Of a DNA stretch of 29,796 nucleotides, positions 1 to 9,711 are shown in pieces. The stretch covers positions 1 through 29,796 of the forward strand of contig CBFDTI010000007.1 in assembly GCA_965612795.1 (NCBI GenBank), read 5' to 3'. Each line of letters starts with the position of its first letter. Position 1 is the first letter of the stretch. A model generated the notes under the pieces. The model was not told the DNA's origin, did no database searches, and was given only the letters and a program-made list of their open reading frames with translations. This stretch comes from an uncultured bacterium (GTDB taxonomy: Bacteria > Hydrothermota > UBA3073 > NMUJ01). The translations under genes were made by a program, and so were the position numbers.

Positions 1-1
1 G

Positions 2-430
2 AATTTTGACCGGCTCGGTCCAATCACCATCTTTTGGCTTCATCGAGTAGAAGATACCCACACCCTCTTCCTGCCACACCACATGTAGATTGTCAAAAGG
101 ATCTATATCCATCGATGGTTCGTACGAGTTGTTTGAAGTATTCGATATATCTATTGGTTCTACCCAATCACTATCTGGTTTTTTAAAGGAATAGAATACT
201 TCATAGTTACCCGGTGTGTCATCAGACCATACCAGGTGGACGTTCCCTTCATTGTCTATTGCAATAGAAGGAGCATACGAAAGTCCCGGACTCCTCGATA
301 CATTTCTTGGATCCCACTCCTCTGCATTTTGTTGATTGTTGTGATCATTGTCCCTATCGAGTCTACGGCAACTGAAGATTGGTAAAGATAACAATACCAA
401 AACAAACACAATTTTACGCTTCATCCACAT
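2..430 (-). CDS. Lipoprotein with BNR/sialidase-like beta-propeller repeats (partial, runs off window start)
   Basis: Not in the ORF track; translated by hand: MWMKRKIVFVLVLLSLPIFSC-RRLD... (basic n-region, hydrophobic h-region, lipobox-like IFSC). Repeats follow: PSIAIDNEGNVHLVWSD..EVFYS..DWVEPIDIS and PSMDIDPFDNLHVVWQE..IFYS..DWTEPVKI. Alternative ATG at 424. Confidence 0.8.
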   Translation of the reverse strand, partial: MWMKRKIVFVLVLLSLPIFSCRRLDRDNDHNNQQNAEEWDPRNVSRSPGLSYAPSIAIDNEGNVHLVWSDDTPGNYEVFYSFKKPDSDWVEPIDISNTSNNSYEPSMDIDPFDNLHVVWQEEGVGIFYSMKPKDGDWTEPVKI

Positions 431-515
431 GCTCTAAATAACCCCTCACCCATAACCGTCAACCTCTCATAAATGTCGTTTATAACACTGTGAACCACCT
501 TAATGAGAGATGGAG

Positions 516-1568
516 CTACGCTATCAGAATGTCGTTTGACCACTTAAATAATCCACCAAGAAACCGTTCAACTACCCAGATATTGGTCAACGTATGGGAG
601 CTGGGTTTGACAATCTTCACACGGCCACCACGTAGTGCCAACACTGGTACGATATTATCCTGTAGGTGTGGATCGATAACTTCTGGGCTATGGATGAATT
701 GGATGAACTCATCCACGACATGTTTGGCAACCTCCTCCGCAGGTAAGCCGGGTGCACAGAGTTTATCAACACCCGTCACGTAATCCCCATAGTCGAGTAT
801 CATTGTGACCGAGCATCCTGGTGATAACGTATCCCAATAGCTACCCTCAAAGGTTGGGCTTACCCCTTTATCCATTAACAATTTACTCATCGTACGTTGT
901 ATACGGTCACGTACATGACGCGCTTGTAGCCTGCTGGATGATTGTATGGTAACCTTTAACCTATAACTCGGTGGCCTATTTACGAGCTCCAACTTCGATA
1001 ACGTAGCCCGTATTTTATCACAGAGGGTGGCCCAATCAGATTGTTCAAATCTGGGTACAACTTTGAGTTCAACCTCACCGCCACCGGGTGGATAATAGCC
1101 ACGTCGTACACAACGTGCATGTATTTCGTGTGCAAACCCCTTGTAGTACGGTAAGACAATATGCTGAAAGTAATCCCAAGTCATCGCCATCGGTACGTCG
1201 GTACCTCCCTTTATACGTAGATGTACCGGATTGCGTGCGAATAGGCTTACGGGTAGTATTGTCTGTAAAAATAACGTTATAGCGCCAGCAGTCTTGAAAT
1301 CTATTTCGTAGCGACCGCCGATAATTTTACCTGGATAGAATATTATCTCCAAGCTACCAAGGTGAGCACCTTCGACCCTCGAATCTGTAAGCTTAGTTAA
1401 CGCCTGCAGTACGTGTAAATGTTGAGGCTTAAGCCCAGGTTTCTGCCTACCTTTACGTATATTAAATACGCGGATGGGTTTGCTGGTTAGTAGGCTGAAC
1501 ACCAACGCAGTACGTACGATCTGACCACCACCTTCACGATATGCACCATCGATCTCGATCAACCCCAT
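516..1568 (-). CDS. rtcA: RNA 3'-terminal phosphate cyclase
   Basis: IEIDG..EGGGQIVRTAL, GLKPQH, GGTDVP, RRGYYPPGGGEV and C-terminal SSHTLTNIWVVERFL (adenylylated His) match the RtcA family. Confidence 0.95.
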   Translation of the reverse strand: MGLIEIDGAYREGGGQIVRTALVFSLLTSKPIRVFNIRKGRQKPGLKPQHLHVLQALTKLTDSRVEGAHLGSLEIIFYPGKIIGGRYEIDFKTAGAITLFLQTILPVSLFARNPVHLRIKGGTDVPMAMTWDYFQHIVLPYYKGFAHEIHARCVRRGYYPPGGGEVELKVVPRFEQSDWATLCDKIRATLSKLELVNRPPSYRLKVTIQSSSRLQARHVRDRIQRTMSKLLMDKGVSPTFEGSYWDTLSPGCSVTMILDYGDYVTGVDKLCAPGLPAEEVAKHVVDEFIQFIHSPEVIDPHLQDNIVPVLALRGGRVKIVKPSSHTLTNIWVVERFLGGLFKWSNDILIA

Positions 1569-1578
1569 AGTGAATTAG

Positions 1579-1605
1579 ATTATATCGATGGAGCGAATCA
1601 ATCAA
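1579..1605 (-). promoter_or_regulatory. Putative sigma70-type promoter of rtcA (TTGATT-N15-TATAAT)
   Basis: Minus strand TTGATT at 1605-1600 and TATAAT at 1584-1579, 10 nt before the ATG with no SD. An alternative -10 (TAATCT) at 17 bp is also possible. Confidence 0.55.
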
Positions 1606-1660
1606 CCCATCAAACTACGGAATGTGTTGACAAATCCATCAATCCTCTGATACATAGAGG

Positions 1661-2839
1661 ATGAAAGTATGGCTCGCTTTCGTTCTATCGATAGCCTCGA
1701 TATTCATAATATCGAGGAGGAGCTTCCCACTCGCACTTGTGGTCGGTGGCCTTATCCTTGGGTTGCTGACGATTACACCAATAAAGGTTTATACCCAGGT
1801 TGTGGATACCATCACAAATGTTGATATACTTCTGTTAGCTATCGCGGTAAGTGTCATCCCGCTTATCGGTGGTATCATGGAGTACAGTGGTGAGCTCGAC
1901 CTTTTACTCAACAACCTACGTATTGGTAAAAGGGGGTTACTTATACTTGTACCTGCGCTTGTGGGTATGCTACCGATGCCGGGTGGTGCGCTGCTGTCTG
2001 CACCTATGGTACAGAAGGTGGCAAGCGAAGAGGGTGGCGACTTGAAGACTGCAATCAACATATGGTTTAGACACCTATTGATACTCATCTATCCGTTGAG
2101 TGCTGCACTCATAGCGGCAACAAAGATTGTTGGCTTCACGGTATATGATGTGTTACCCTACCTACTTGTGTGGTTCGTACTTGCGTTTGCACTGGGGTAT
2201 CTGTTCTTCTTGGTTAAAATCGGTGATAAGCACACACATAAGCCGGATTTCTCGCTACGTGGGTTACTCATACCAATCTCCATATTGATGGTTGCACCAG
2301 TTATCGACTTCTCCATACAAAGGGCTTTCATCCTCAAATACAAAAGCATATCTACACTCGTAGGTGTATCAATGAGCTTGATACTGGCGGTGAAGTTAAG
2401 CCCCAAACATATTCATTATAGGAAGATTATCACCAAGATGCGGCCGTGGGAGTTTGGTGCCATCATCCTGGGTATGTTCATATTCTTCAATATATTCAAG
2501 GTATCACCCATAGCGGATAGGATTGCGGGGATAGAGGTTTCACCTATTACACTATCAATATGGGGTGGCTTCCTACTTGGGTTCGCTACTGGTAGGGTGC
2601 AACTGCCGGCATCCATCATCTTACCCATATATCTGACCAAGTCGGGCAATATGTCGGGGTTCATATTTTCGCTCATCTACGTAAGCATATTCTTTGGCTA
2701 CGTGATATCACCTGTACATCCGTGTGTGGCAATAACTGTCAGTTATTTCAAAACCTCAATGATGGGGTTCATCAAAAAATGTATCTTACCCGTGGCTATA
2801 ATCATGCTCATAGTGGTGATATTAACCTATATCCGTTAA
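1661..2839 (+). CDS. DUF401 family integral membrane protein (putative transporter)
   Basis: About 11-12 hydrophobic segments; GMLPMPGGALLSAP, NIWFRH and ISPVHPC motifs typical of DUF401. TTGACA at 1627 upstream, with a weak -10. Confidence 0.8.
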   Translation: MKVWLAFVLSIASIFIISRRSFPLALVVGGLILGLLTITPIKVYTQVVDTITNVDILLLAIAVSVIPLIGGIMEYSGELDLLLNNLRIGKRGLLILVPALVGMLPMPGGALLSAPMVQKVASEEGGDLKTAINIWFRHLLILIYPLSAALIAATKIVGFTVYDVLPYLLVWFVLAFALGYLFFLVKIGDKHTHKPDFSLRGLLIPISILMVAPVIDFSIQRAFILKYKSISTLVGVSMSLILAVKLSPKHIHYRKIITKMRPWEFGAIILGMFIFFNIFKVSPIADRIAGIEVSPITLSIWGGFLLGFATGRVQLPASIILPIYLTKSGNMSGFIFSLIYVSIFFGYVISPVHPCVAITVSYFKTSMMGFIKKCILPVAIIMLIVVILTYIR

Positions 2840-2840
2840 A

Positions 2841-2867
2841 TTGACAATCACCCAACTTTCCTATATT
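2841..2867 (+). promoter_or_regulatory. Putative promoter of the sugar ABC/glucan operon (TTGACA-N15-TATATT)
   Basis: TTGACA 2841-2846, TATATT 2862-2867, ATG 6 nt later at 2874. Confidence 0.6.
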
Positions 2868-2873
2868 TCAACG

Positions 2874-3767
2874 ATGGTATCACGTACCGGTTGGCAAGCG
2901 TATCTCTTTATAATACCGTTTGCGATATTCTTTGCTGTATTCTTGGGGTATCCATTCTTTTACGCACTGTACTTGAGTTTCCACAAAGTTACAGACATAT
3001 ACGATGCGTTTAATGCACTCAAATTCGTCCATCTGTATAACTATATCAAGTTGATGAAAGATGTTGAATTCTGGTGGTCTATCCTCATGTCACTACTATA
3101 TGGTGCAATCACTATACCGCTTAGTATATTTGTTTCATTGATATTGGCCAACCTCCTACATCGCACGTTTTCACTGGTCAAACTCTACCGTACAGGCTTT
3201 TTCCTGCCTTACCTTTTAGATGTGTTTGTGGTTGCTATCGTTTGGAAGTTCCTATACGCACACCCATACGGTATTATCACGCAGTTATTGCAACGTATAG
3301 GGATCGATATACCACCATTGCTGGCGTCACCCAAAACCGCCATGTTAAGTGTTGCGATAGCTATGACACTCAAAGGGTGTGGGTTCGGCATGCTGTTGTA
3401 TCTCGCAGGCTTACAGAACATACCACGTTCATTATACGAGGCAGCTTCAATAGATGGTGCACCCCCGTGGAAACAGCTCTTCTACATTACGTTACCGATG
3501 CTCAAGCCCATCACATTGTTTATGGTGGTGATCGGCATAATAGGTGCATTATCGGCGTTTGCCGAATTCTACGGGATGACAGGTGGTGGCCCCATCATAC
3601 GTGTAGGTACCCACATACTGGGTAGCACCAAAGTAGCTGGCCTATACCTGTTTCGTAACTTCGAGTCACTCAAGCTCGGCTATGCAGCCGCTATATCGTT
3701 TGTATTGCTCATAATTGCATTGATCATATCAGCTGTAAGTGCTAAACTGTTGCGTGCAAAATGGTGA
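2874..3767 (+). CDS. Carbohydrate ABC transporter permease (MalF/UgpA-like)
   Basis: EAA loop LYEAASIDGAPPWKQLFYITLPMLKP, GYAAAISFVL and multiple TM helices. Start moved from the track's TTG 2841 (which is the -35 box) to ATG 2874. Confidence 0.92.
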   Translation: MVSRTGWQAYLFIIPFAIFFAVFLGYPFFYALYLSFHKVTDIYDAFNALKFVHLYNYIKLMKDVEFWWSILMSLLYGAITIPLSIFVSLILANLLHRTFSLVKLYRTGFFLPYLLDVFVVAIVWKFLYAHPYGIITQLLQRIGIDIPPLLASPKTAMLSVAIAMTLKGCGFGMLLYLAGLQNIPRSLYEAASIDGAPPWKQLFYITLPMLKPITLFMVVIGIIGALSAFAEFYGMTGGGPIIRVGTHILGSTKVAGLYLFRNFESLKLGYAAAISFVLLIIALIISAVSAKLLRAKW

Positions 3768-4576
3768 ACAAAGTTAAAGCATTTATCATATATTTCTGGC
3801 TTACGGTTTTCTTGATAGTGGTATTGTTTCCATTCATATGGATGATAATAACGTCACTCAAACCCATAGGTACCGGGCTTACACTTACTATCATACCGCG
3901 ACCGCCCACATTAAGTAACTATAAAAGTGTGCTCACCCAATACAAGTTTGGGCGTTACTTTATAAATTCGCTCATCGTCGCCTCGATTGGTGCGTTAGGT
4001 GCCACAGTACTGTGTACAATGGCAGCGTTTGCGTTCGCTAAACTGCAGTTCCCGTTTAAACGTCCACTGTTTGGTATGTTTCTATCAGTACTTATGGTAC
4101 CCGGCCTTATGTTCGTCGTACCACAATTCGCAATAGTGTATAGGTTGGGTTGGATCAACACCTACAAAGCGATGATCATACCGCATCTTGCAAACGTATT
4201 CGGTATGTTCTTACTTGTACAATATATGAAAACCATACCCGATGAGCTGGTGGATGCTGCAAGAGTGGATGGTGCCAATAACTGGACAATATTCCTGAAG
4301 GTAGTGGTACCATTGTCAGGTGCGATGATAGCAACTGTATTCTTGCTTACGTTTCAATTCCATTGGAATAACTTTCTGTGGCAATTGATAGTGGCCACCG
4401 ATGAGCACATGTATACAGTACCAGTGGGGTTGGCCATGTTCCGCAGTGCGCATGAGGAGCTACATACGTTGAAGATGGCTGCCTCAGCGATATCGATATT
4501 GCCGATAACCATGATATTTATCTTTGCACAGCGTTACTTTATCGAGGGTATATTACGTGGTGCAATAAAGGGGTGA
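3761..4576 (+). CDS. Carbohydrate ABC transporter permease (MalG/UgpE-like)
   Basis: YFINSLIVA, IPDELVDAARVDGA EAA loop, WNNFLW, QRYFIEGI..GAIKG. Confidence 0.93.
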   Translation: MVNKVKAFIIYFWLTVFLIVVLFPFIWMIITSLKPIGTGLTLTIIPRPPTLSNYKSVLTQYKFGRYFINSLIVASIGALGATVLCTMAAFAFAKLQFPFKRPLFGMFLSVLMVPGLMFVVPQFAIVYRLGWINTYKAMIIPHLANVFGMFLLVQYMKTIPDELVDAARVDGANNWTIFLKVVVPLSGAMIATVFLLTFQFHWNNFLWQLIVATDEHMYTVPVGLAMFRSAHEELHTLKMAASAISILPITMIFIFAQRYFIEGILRGAIKG

Positions 4577-4591
4577 TTAAAAGGAGGTATC

Positions 4592-5773
4592 ATGCGTAGG
4601 TTTATAGCATTGATGACGTTTGTCATACCATTTATAGTGGATGCACAACTTAAAGTATGGGTAAGCTACAACGATGAGGAGTTTGCAGTATTCAAACAGT
4701 TAGTGACAGCGTTCGAAGAATCCACCAGCATAGAAGTTAATGTACAACGTATACCGTTTGAGGGCCAGGAACAGAAAATACTCACTGCATGTGCAACCCG
4801 TACCGCACCCGATCTCGCACGTGTAGATTGTGCATTCCTTGGTAAGCTTGCGCACCGTCGTGCGTTACTTGACATCGACATAGGTGAGCTTACCGATAAA
4901 ATTGTACCTGTAGCTTTACAATCCTGCATCCTAAATGGCAAGCTATATGGGGTGCCGGATCAGCTCACCTGTGTGTGTCTATTCTATAATAAGAAGTTAT
5001 TTCGTGAGGCGGGGCTCGACCCGAACAAGCCGCCCGCTACGTGGGACGAATTCCTCAAATATGCACAGAAGTTGACAGATCACTCCAAAGGTATATACGG
5101 GTTCGCTATGCGTAACACGTTGTGGTGGACGCTACCGTTTTTCTATTCATTCGGTGCTAACTTTATCGAGGATAACACGTGTGTGTTGAATTCACCCGAA
5201 GCAGTAGCTGCATTGCAGTTTAAAGTCGACTTATACCGTAAATACAAAGTAGAACCTGGTGCATGGAAGTCGGGTGCAATCGACCCCGATATGGGGTTTC
5301 AAAACGAAAAGTATGCAATGGTACTTAATGGTCCATGGAAGATAAAGCTGTTGAAAACTATAGGTATAGATTTCGGTGTCGCCCCCATACCAGCGGGTAA
5401 GAAGGGGGGGTACACCACGATTGGTGGTACAAATTTTGTGATATTTCGTGGCACCAAACACAAACACGAGGCAGTTGAATTCATAAAGTTTATCGTATCA
5501 AAAGAGTCACAGATAAAATGGGCTAACGAGTTGGGTCAGATACCCGTGAATATAGAAGCATTCCCATACGTTGATACCACACGTCATCCGTATCTGAAGG
5601 TTTTCCTATATCAACTACAATACGCAATAGCACGACCGGTGTTAGCAGATTATCCTGCCATCGAGAATGTAGCTAACCCCATAATGGAGGCTGCACTCAT
5701 GGGTGAGAAACCCGTAAAGGAGGCGCTGGCTCTCATCGTGGATAAAATAAACGCAATATTACAGGAAGAGTAA
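4592..5773 (+). CDS. Carbohydrate ABC transporter solute-binding protein (family 1)
   Basis: AAGGAGG SD; Sec signal MRRFIALMTFVIPFIVDA|Q with no lipobox (periplasmic type); LFYNKKLFREAGLDPNKPPATWDE, AMVLNGPW. Confidence 0.92.
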   Translation: MRRFIALMTFVIPFIVDAQLKVWVSYNDEEFAVFKQLVTAFEESTSIEVNVQRIPFEGQEQKILTACATRTAPDLARVDCAFLGKLAHRRALLDIDIGELTDKIVPVALQSCILNGKLYGVPDQLTCVCLFYNKKLFREAGLDPNKPPATWDEFLKYAQKLTDHSKGIYGFAMRNTLWWTLPFFYSFGANFIEDNTCVLNSPEAVAALQFKVDLYRKYKVEPGAWKSGAIDPDMGFQNEKYAMVLNGPWKIKLLKTIGIDFGVAPIPAGKKGGYTTIGGTNFVIFRGTKHKHEAVEFIKFIVSKESQIKWANELGQIPVNIEAFPYVDTTRHPYLKVFLYQLQYAIARPVLADYPAIENVANPIMEAALMGEKPVKEALALIVDKINAILQEE

Positions 5774-5775
5774 CC

Positions 5776-8085
5776 ATGTGGATAATTGTGTGGCTCACCA
5801 GTATGTTGATGGTCGACCATATACCCACTTTATGCGTGGAACCAGGTACGCGATCGGAAATCGATCTCACTTATTTTGTTGTTAACACCGCTGTACCTAA
5901 GTCATTACGGATGGAGTTCGGCGATCACATCGATGCAATAACTATAAGTTATGATACGGTTAACAACAAGATTATAGTCTATACCAGGCCTGACTGGTGT
6001 GGGCTTACACATGTGAGGTTTAAAGTAACCAATGTTGATGGTGACACCGCTTATGGGGTGATAACTTTACGGGCACGTAAGTTGGTAACTGTAACGTTTC
6101 GTTACTATGGTAAACCCGGCAGTACCGTGTATCTTGCGGGTGAGTTTAACAATTGGAACCCCAATCTCACCCACATGAGGGACGACAACCATGACGGTAT
6201 ATACGAAGTAGAGTTAAAGCTACCCATCGGTGTATATCAATACAAGTTTGTAGTCGACGGTAAATGGATACATGATGAGCATAACCCCGATAAGCGGCCG
6301 GATGGGTTTGGTGGCTACAATTCAGTGCTAAACATAGGCGGTAAAGTACCGATACTGATAGGTGAAACCAAACGAATACATGGTGATACGTTACAATTCG
6401 AGGTTAAATTTGACAATGGAAGGCTCGACCCACAGACTATATCGTTGGTTACGAACAATAGGGTGCTAAAGAGTGGTTGGCAGGTAAGTGGTAATCTAAT
6501 CGATTTCAAGCTCACCAACCTATCTGCTGGCAAGCACTGGTTTAAAGTCAACGCAGCTAATACTGACGGTATCTACGCAAACGAACTTTATTTCGAAGAG
6601 TACATAGATGTGGAGCCCCAATTTGATTGGCGTGACGCTATCATATACTACGTGATTATCGATAGGTTCTGTAACGGTGACACAAGTAATGACGCCCCTG
6701 TGGAAGATGTGGAATTATCACCCAAGTGTAACTATCAGGGAGGTGACCTCATCGGCATAATCCATAAACTACGTGAGGGGTACTTTGACTCACTTGGTAT
6801 CAACGTGTTATGGATATCACCTGTGTACCAAGGACCCGACTCTGCGTATAGGGAGTCGTTCCCTCCTTACCGTAAGTATACAGGGTACCATGGGTATTGG
6901 CCAGTGCATCCTACCAAAGTAGAGCGCCGGTTCGGTAACATGCATCTACTCAGACAGCTGGTAGAGCTGGCACATCAACATGGTATTAGAGTTATGTTGG
7001 ACTTGGTATTGAACCACGTGCATGAGGATCATCCTTGGTATAAGCGACATCCGGAATGGTTCACAGCACCTTATACACCCGATGGTAGACCTAACCTTAG
7101 GTTGTTTGACGAATTTCCACTTACTACGTGGTTTGATACGTTTTTGCCATCGTTTGATTTCACCAACCCCGAAGTGATAGATACAGTTGTCAGTAATGCT
7201 ATATTCTGGATAAAGGAGACAGGTGCAGATGCGGTACGACTTGATGCAGTCAAACACATACCGCATGAGGTATGGCGTCACCTACGTAAACGCATAAGGG
7301 AAGAAATAGAGCTACAGCGGGGTGAACATTTCTATCTCGTAGGTGAAACCATCTGGAGTAGAGAAAAGTTAGCCGAGTATGTAAAACCGGAAGAACTCGA
7401 TGGGCAATTCGATTACCCACTATACTGGTGCATAAGGGATGTATTCGCATATGGGACACGTGATATGGTGGCACTTGCTAACGAGCTCATACAATCCTAC
7501 CGTGTATATGGTGGACATGCGATAATGTCCGTGTTCGTCAGTAACCAAGACTTTGCACGCTTCATTACATATGCAGATGGGTTAGCAGGTGACGAAAAGG
7601 AAGTGGGTTGGCAAACAACAGTAAAGGTGTCCAACCCCGACAGCTATAAGAAGTTACAACTTGCCATAACCTTCATAATGACGGTTAACAGTGTGCCAAT
7701 GATTTTCTATGGGGATGAGTTTGGCATGCCAGGTGCAGGTGACCCTGACAACCGTAGAGTTATGAGGTTTGGTGACGAACTCACGGAACATGAGAGACAA
7801 ACCCTGCAATACATACGTAAGGTGGTGCAGCTGAGGCGCCGTCATCCATCACTACGTAAGGGGGTGTTAAAAACGCTGGTCATCGAACCCGATGTCTGGG
7901 TTTACCTTAAACAGTACTTCAATGATAAGGTGATAGTAAGCCTTAATAGAGGGGGGACACCTAAGACGGTGCAACTTAAACTTACCGGTAGGTGGGTAGA
8001 CTATTTCACCGGTGATACGTTGAGTGGTAACGTAGAAACCACTATACCAGCGCTCGGTACGCTAATCCTTGAGGAGGTAAAATGA
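5776..8085 (+). CDS. GH13 alpha-amylase family glycosidase with Ig-like and CBM48/glycogen-binding domains
   Basis: VYLAGEFNNWNP..YQYKFVVDGKW (CBM48-like); DRFCNGD, GGDLIGI, YHGYW, DLVLNH; catalytic RLDAVKH, VGE, SNQD; YGDEFGM..DPDNRR. Confidence 0.92.
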   Translation: MWIIVWLTSMLMVDHIPTLCVEPGTRSEIDLTYFVVNTAVPKSLRMEFGDHIDAITISYDTVNNKIIVYTRPDWCGLTHVRFKVTNVDGDTAYGVITLRARKLVTVTFRYYGKPGSTVYLAGEFNNWNPNLTHMRDDNHDGIYEVELKLPIGVYQYKFVVDGKWIHDEHNPDKRPDGFGGYNSVLNIGGKVPILIGETKRIHGDTLQFEVKFDNGRLDPQTISLVTNNRVLKSGWQVSGNLIDFKLTNLSAGKHWFKVNAANTDGIYANELYFEEYIDVEPQFDWRDAIIYYVIIDRFCNGDTSNDAPVEDVELSPKCNYQGGDLIGIIHKLREGYFDSLGINVLWISPVYQGPDSAYRESFPPYRKYTGYHGYWPVHPTKVERRFGNMHLLRQLVELAHQHGIRVMLDLVLNHVHEDHPWYKRHPEWFTAPYTPDGRPNLRLFDEFPLTTWFDTFLPSFDFTNPEVIDTVVSNAIFWIKETGADAVRLDAVKHIPHEVWRHLRKRIREEIELQRGEHFYLVGETIWSREKLAEYVKPEELDGQFDYPLYWCIRDVFAYGTRDMVALANELIQSYRVYGGHAIMSVFVSNQDFARFITYADGLAGDEKEVGWQTTVKVSNPDSYKKLQLAITFIMTVNSVPMIFYGDEFGMPGAGDPDNRRVMRFGDELTEHERQTLQYIRKVVQLRRRHPSLRKGVLKTLVIEPDVWVYLKQYFNDKVIVSLNRGGTPKTVQLKLTGRWVDYFTGDTLSGNVETTIPALGTLILEEVK

Positions 8086-9710
8086 TAGCAATACTTGCAA
8101 TGGAAGTAGGTGTCGACCCTGATATACCCACGTACTGCGGGGGGTTGGGAATACTGGTAGGTGACATACTAAAGACTGCAGCCGATATGGGGTTACCGTT
8201 TGTGGGAGTATCATTGATGTATCACGAAGGTTACCTAAAGCAAAAACTAACTGATGATGGTGATCAAATCGAGCTACCTGAAGATTGGCAGCCTGCAACT
8301 AAGCTAGAGAGGTTAGACAAACGGATCCAGCTTAAGATTTGCGGCGAACCGGTGGTGGTTGGAATATGGTGCTATTATGTGAAAGGGATAACCGGTCACG
8401 TTGTACCCCTATATCTTTTGGATACGAATTTATCCGAGAATAGCGAGCACATACGGCAAGCAACACGTAGACTATATTTAGGTGACAAGAAATGCAGGCT
8501 AATACAGGAGACACTTTTGGGTATAGGCGGGGTTAAGGTACTGAAAAGTTTGGGTTACAACATCGATGTATACCATATAAATGAGAGTCATGCTGCGCTG
8601 TTGATACTGGAGTTGATACGTGAGCTTCGTGATACCACGCTTGTACGTAAGAAATGCGTGTTCACAACACATACGCCGTTACCTACGGGACACGAAGAGT
8701 ATGGGGTTGCTCTGCTAAAGGAGGTGCTGGCTGAGGAGTACCATCCTATCTTGCAAACATTGGTACCAGACGATGTATTGAATATGTCGCGGTTGGCGCT
8801 CACCTATTCCGCATATACTAATGCGGTATCGAAACGACATGCTGAGGTTACGCGTGAGATGTTTCCTGAGTTCAAGATCGACCATATAACGAACGGAATA
8901 CATTCGCTGACCTGGACATGTGATGAGTTTAAATCGCTTTTCGACGAATACGTAACGGGATGGAGGGACGACCCAAGGAGGTTGGTTGATGCCGGTAGAA
9001 TAGATGATGACAAGCTATGGACTGCACATATGGAGGCTAAAAAGAGGTTGAACGATTTCGTACATAAATCATGTGGGGTGAAGCTCAACCCCAATGTGTT
9101 AACGATAGGGTTTGCACGTCGTGCTACGGGATACAAACGTGCATATGTGGTGTTGGAGGATATCAACCGCTTGCGAGCCATCGGTAAAGGTAAACTGCAG
9201 TTCGTATTTGCTGGTAAGGCATATCCAACAGATCACGACGGTAAATCCGTGATCCGCAAAATCTACGAAGGCATACACGAGCTTAAGGATGACGTCAAAA
9301 TCGTATATATTGAAAACTACGATATGAAGGTGGCTCAGTTGATGGTAGCAGGTGTAGATGTATGGCTCAACACACCACGACCGCCGCTCGAGGCTTCAGG
9401 TACAAGCGGCATGAAAGCTGCACATAATGGGGTGCCAAGTTTAAGTGTGCTGGATGGATGGTGGGTTGAGGGTTGTATCGAAGGTGTCACAGGATGGAGC
9501 ATAGAGGATGGTGACGATAGGAGGTGTGCCAACTCACTATACGATAAGTTAGAAAACGTGGTGATACCAACATTCTACGGAAATAGGGCGCAATGGCTAC
9601 AGATTATGAAGAACACCATCATCCGTAATGCAAGTCAATTCAACACACATAGGTTGATAAGCGAGTATATGGTGGTATTCGATAGACTCAGAGGCCAAAC
9701 CTCAACGTAA
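8082..9710 (+). CDS. glgP: Alpha-glucan (maltodextrin/glycogen) phosphorylase, GT35, compact form
   Basis: TYCGGLG, HINESH, FTTHTP, ITNGIH, GFARRATGYKR, PLP-lysine motif EASGTSGMKAAHNG, LDGWW; ATGA overlap with the GH13 gene. Confidence 0.92.
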   Translation: MIAILAMEVGVDPDIPTYCGGLGILVGDILKTAADMGLPFVGVSLMYHEGYLKQKLTDDGDQIELPEDWQPATKLERLDKRIQLKICGEPVVVGIWCYYVKGITGHVVPLYLLDTNLSENSEHIRQATRRLYLGDKKCRLIQETLLGIGGVKVLKSLGYNIDVYHINESHAALLILELIRELRDTTLVRKKCVFTTHTPLPTGHEEYGVALLKEVLAEEYHPILQTLVPDDVLNMSRLALTYSAYTNAVSKRHAEVTREMFPEFKIDHITNGIHSLTWTCDEFKSLFDEYVTGWRDDPRRLVDAGRIDDDKLWTAHMEAKKRLNDFVHKSCGVKLNPNVLTIGFARRATGYKRAYVVLEDINRLRAIGKGKLQFVFAGKAYPTDHDGKSVIRKIYEGIHELKDDVKIVYIENYDMKVAQLMVAGVDVWLNTPRPPLEASGTSGMKAAHNGVPSLSVLDGWWVEGCIEGVTGWSIEDGDDRRCANSLYDKLENVVIPTFYGNRAQWLQIMKNTIIRNASQFNTHRLISEYMVVFDRLRGQTST

Positions 9711-9711
9711 A

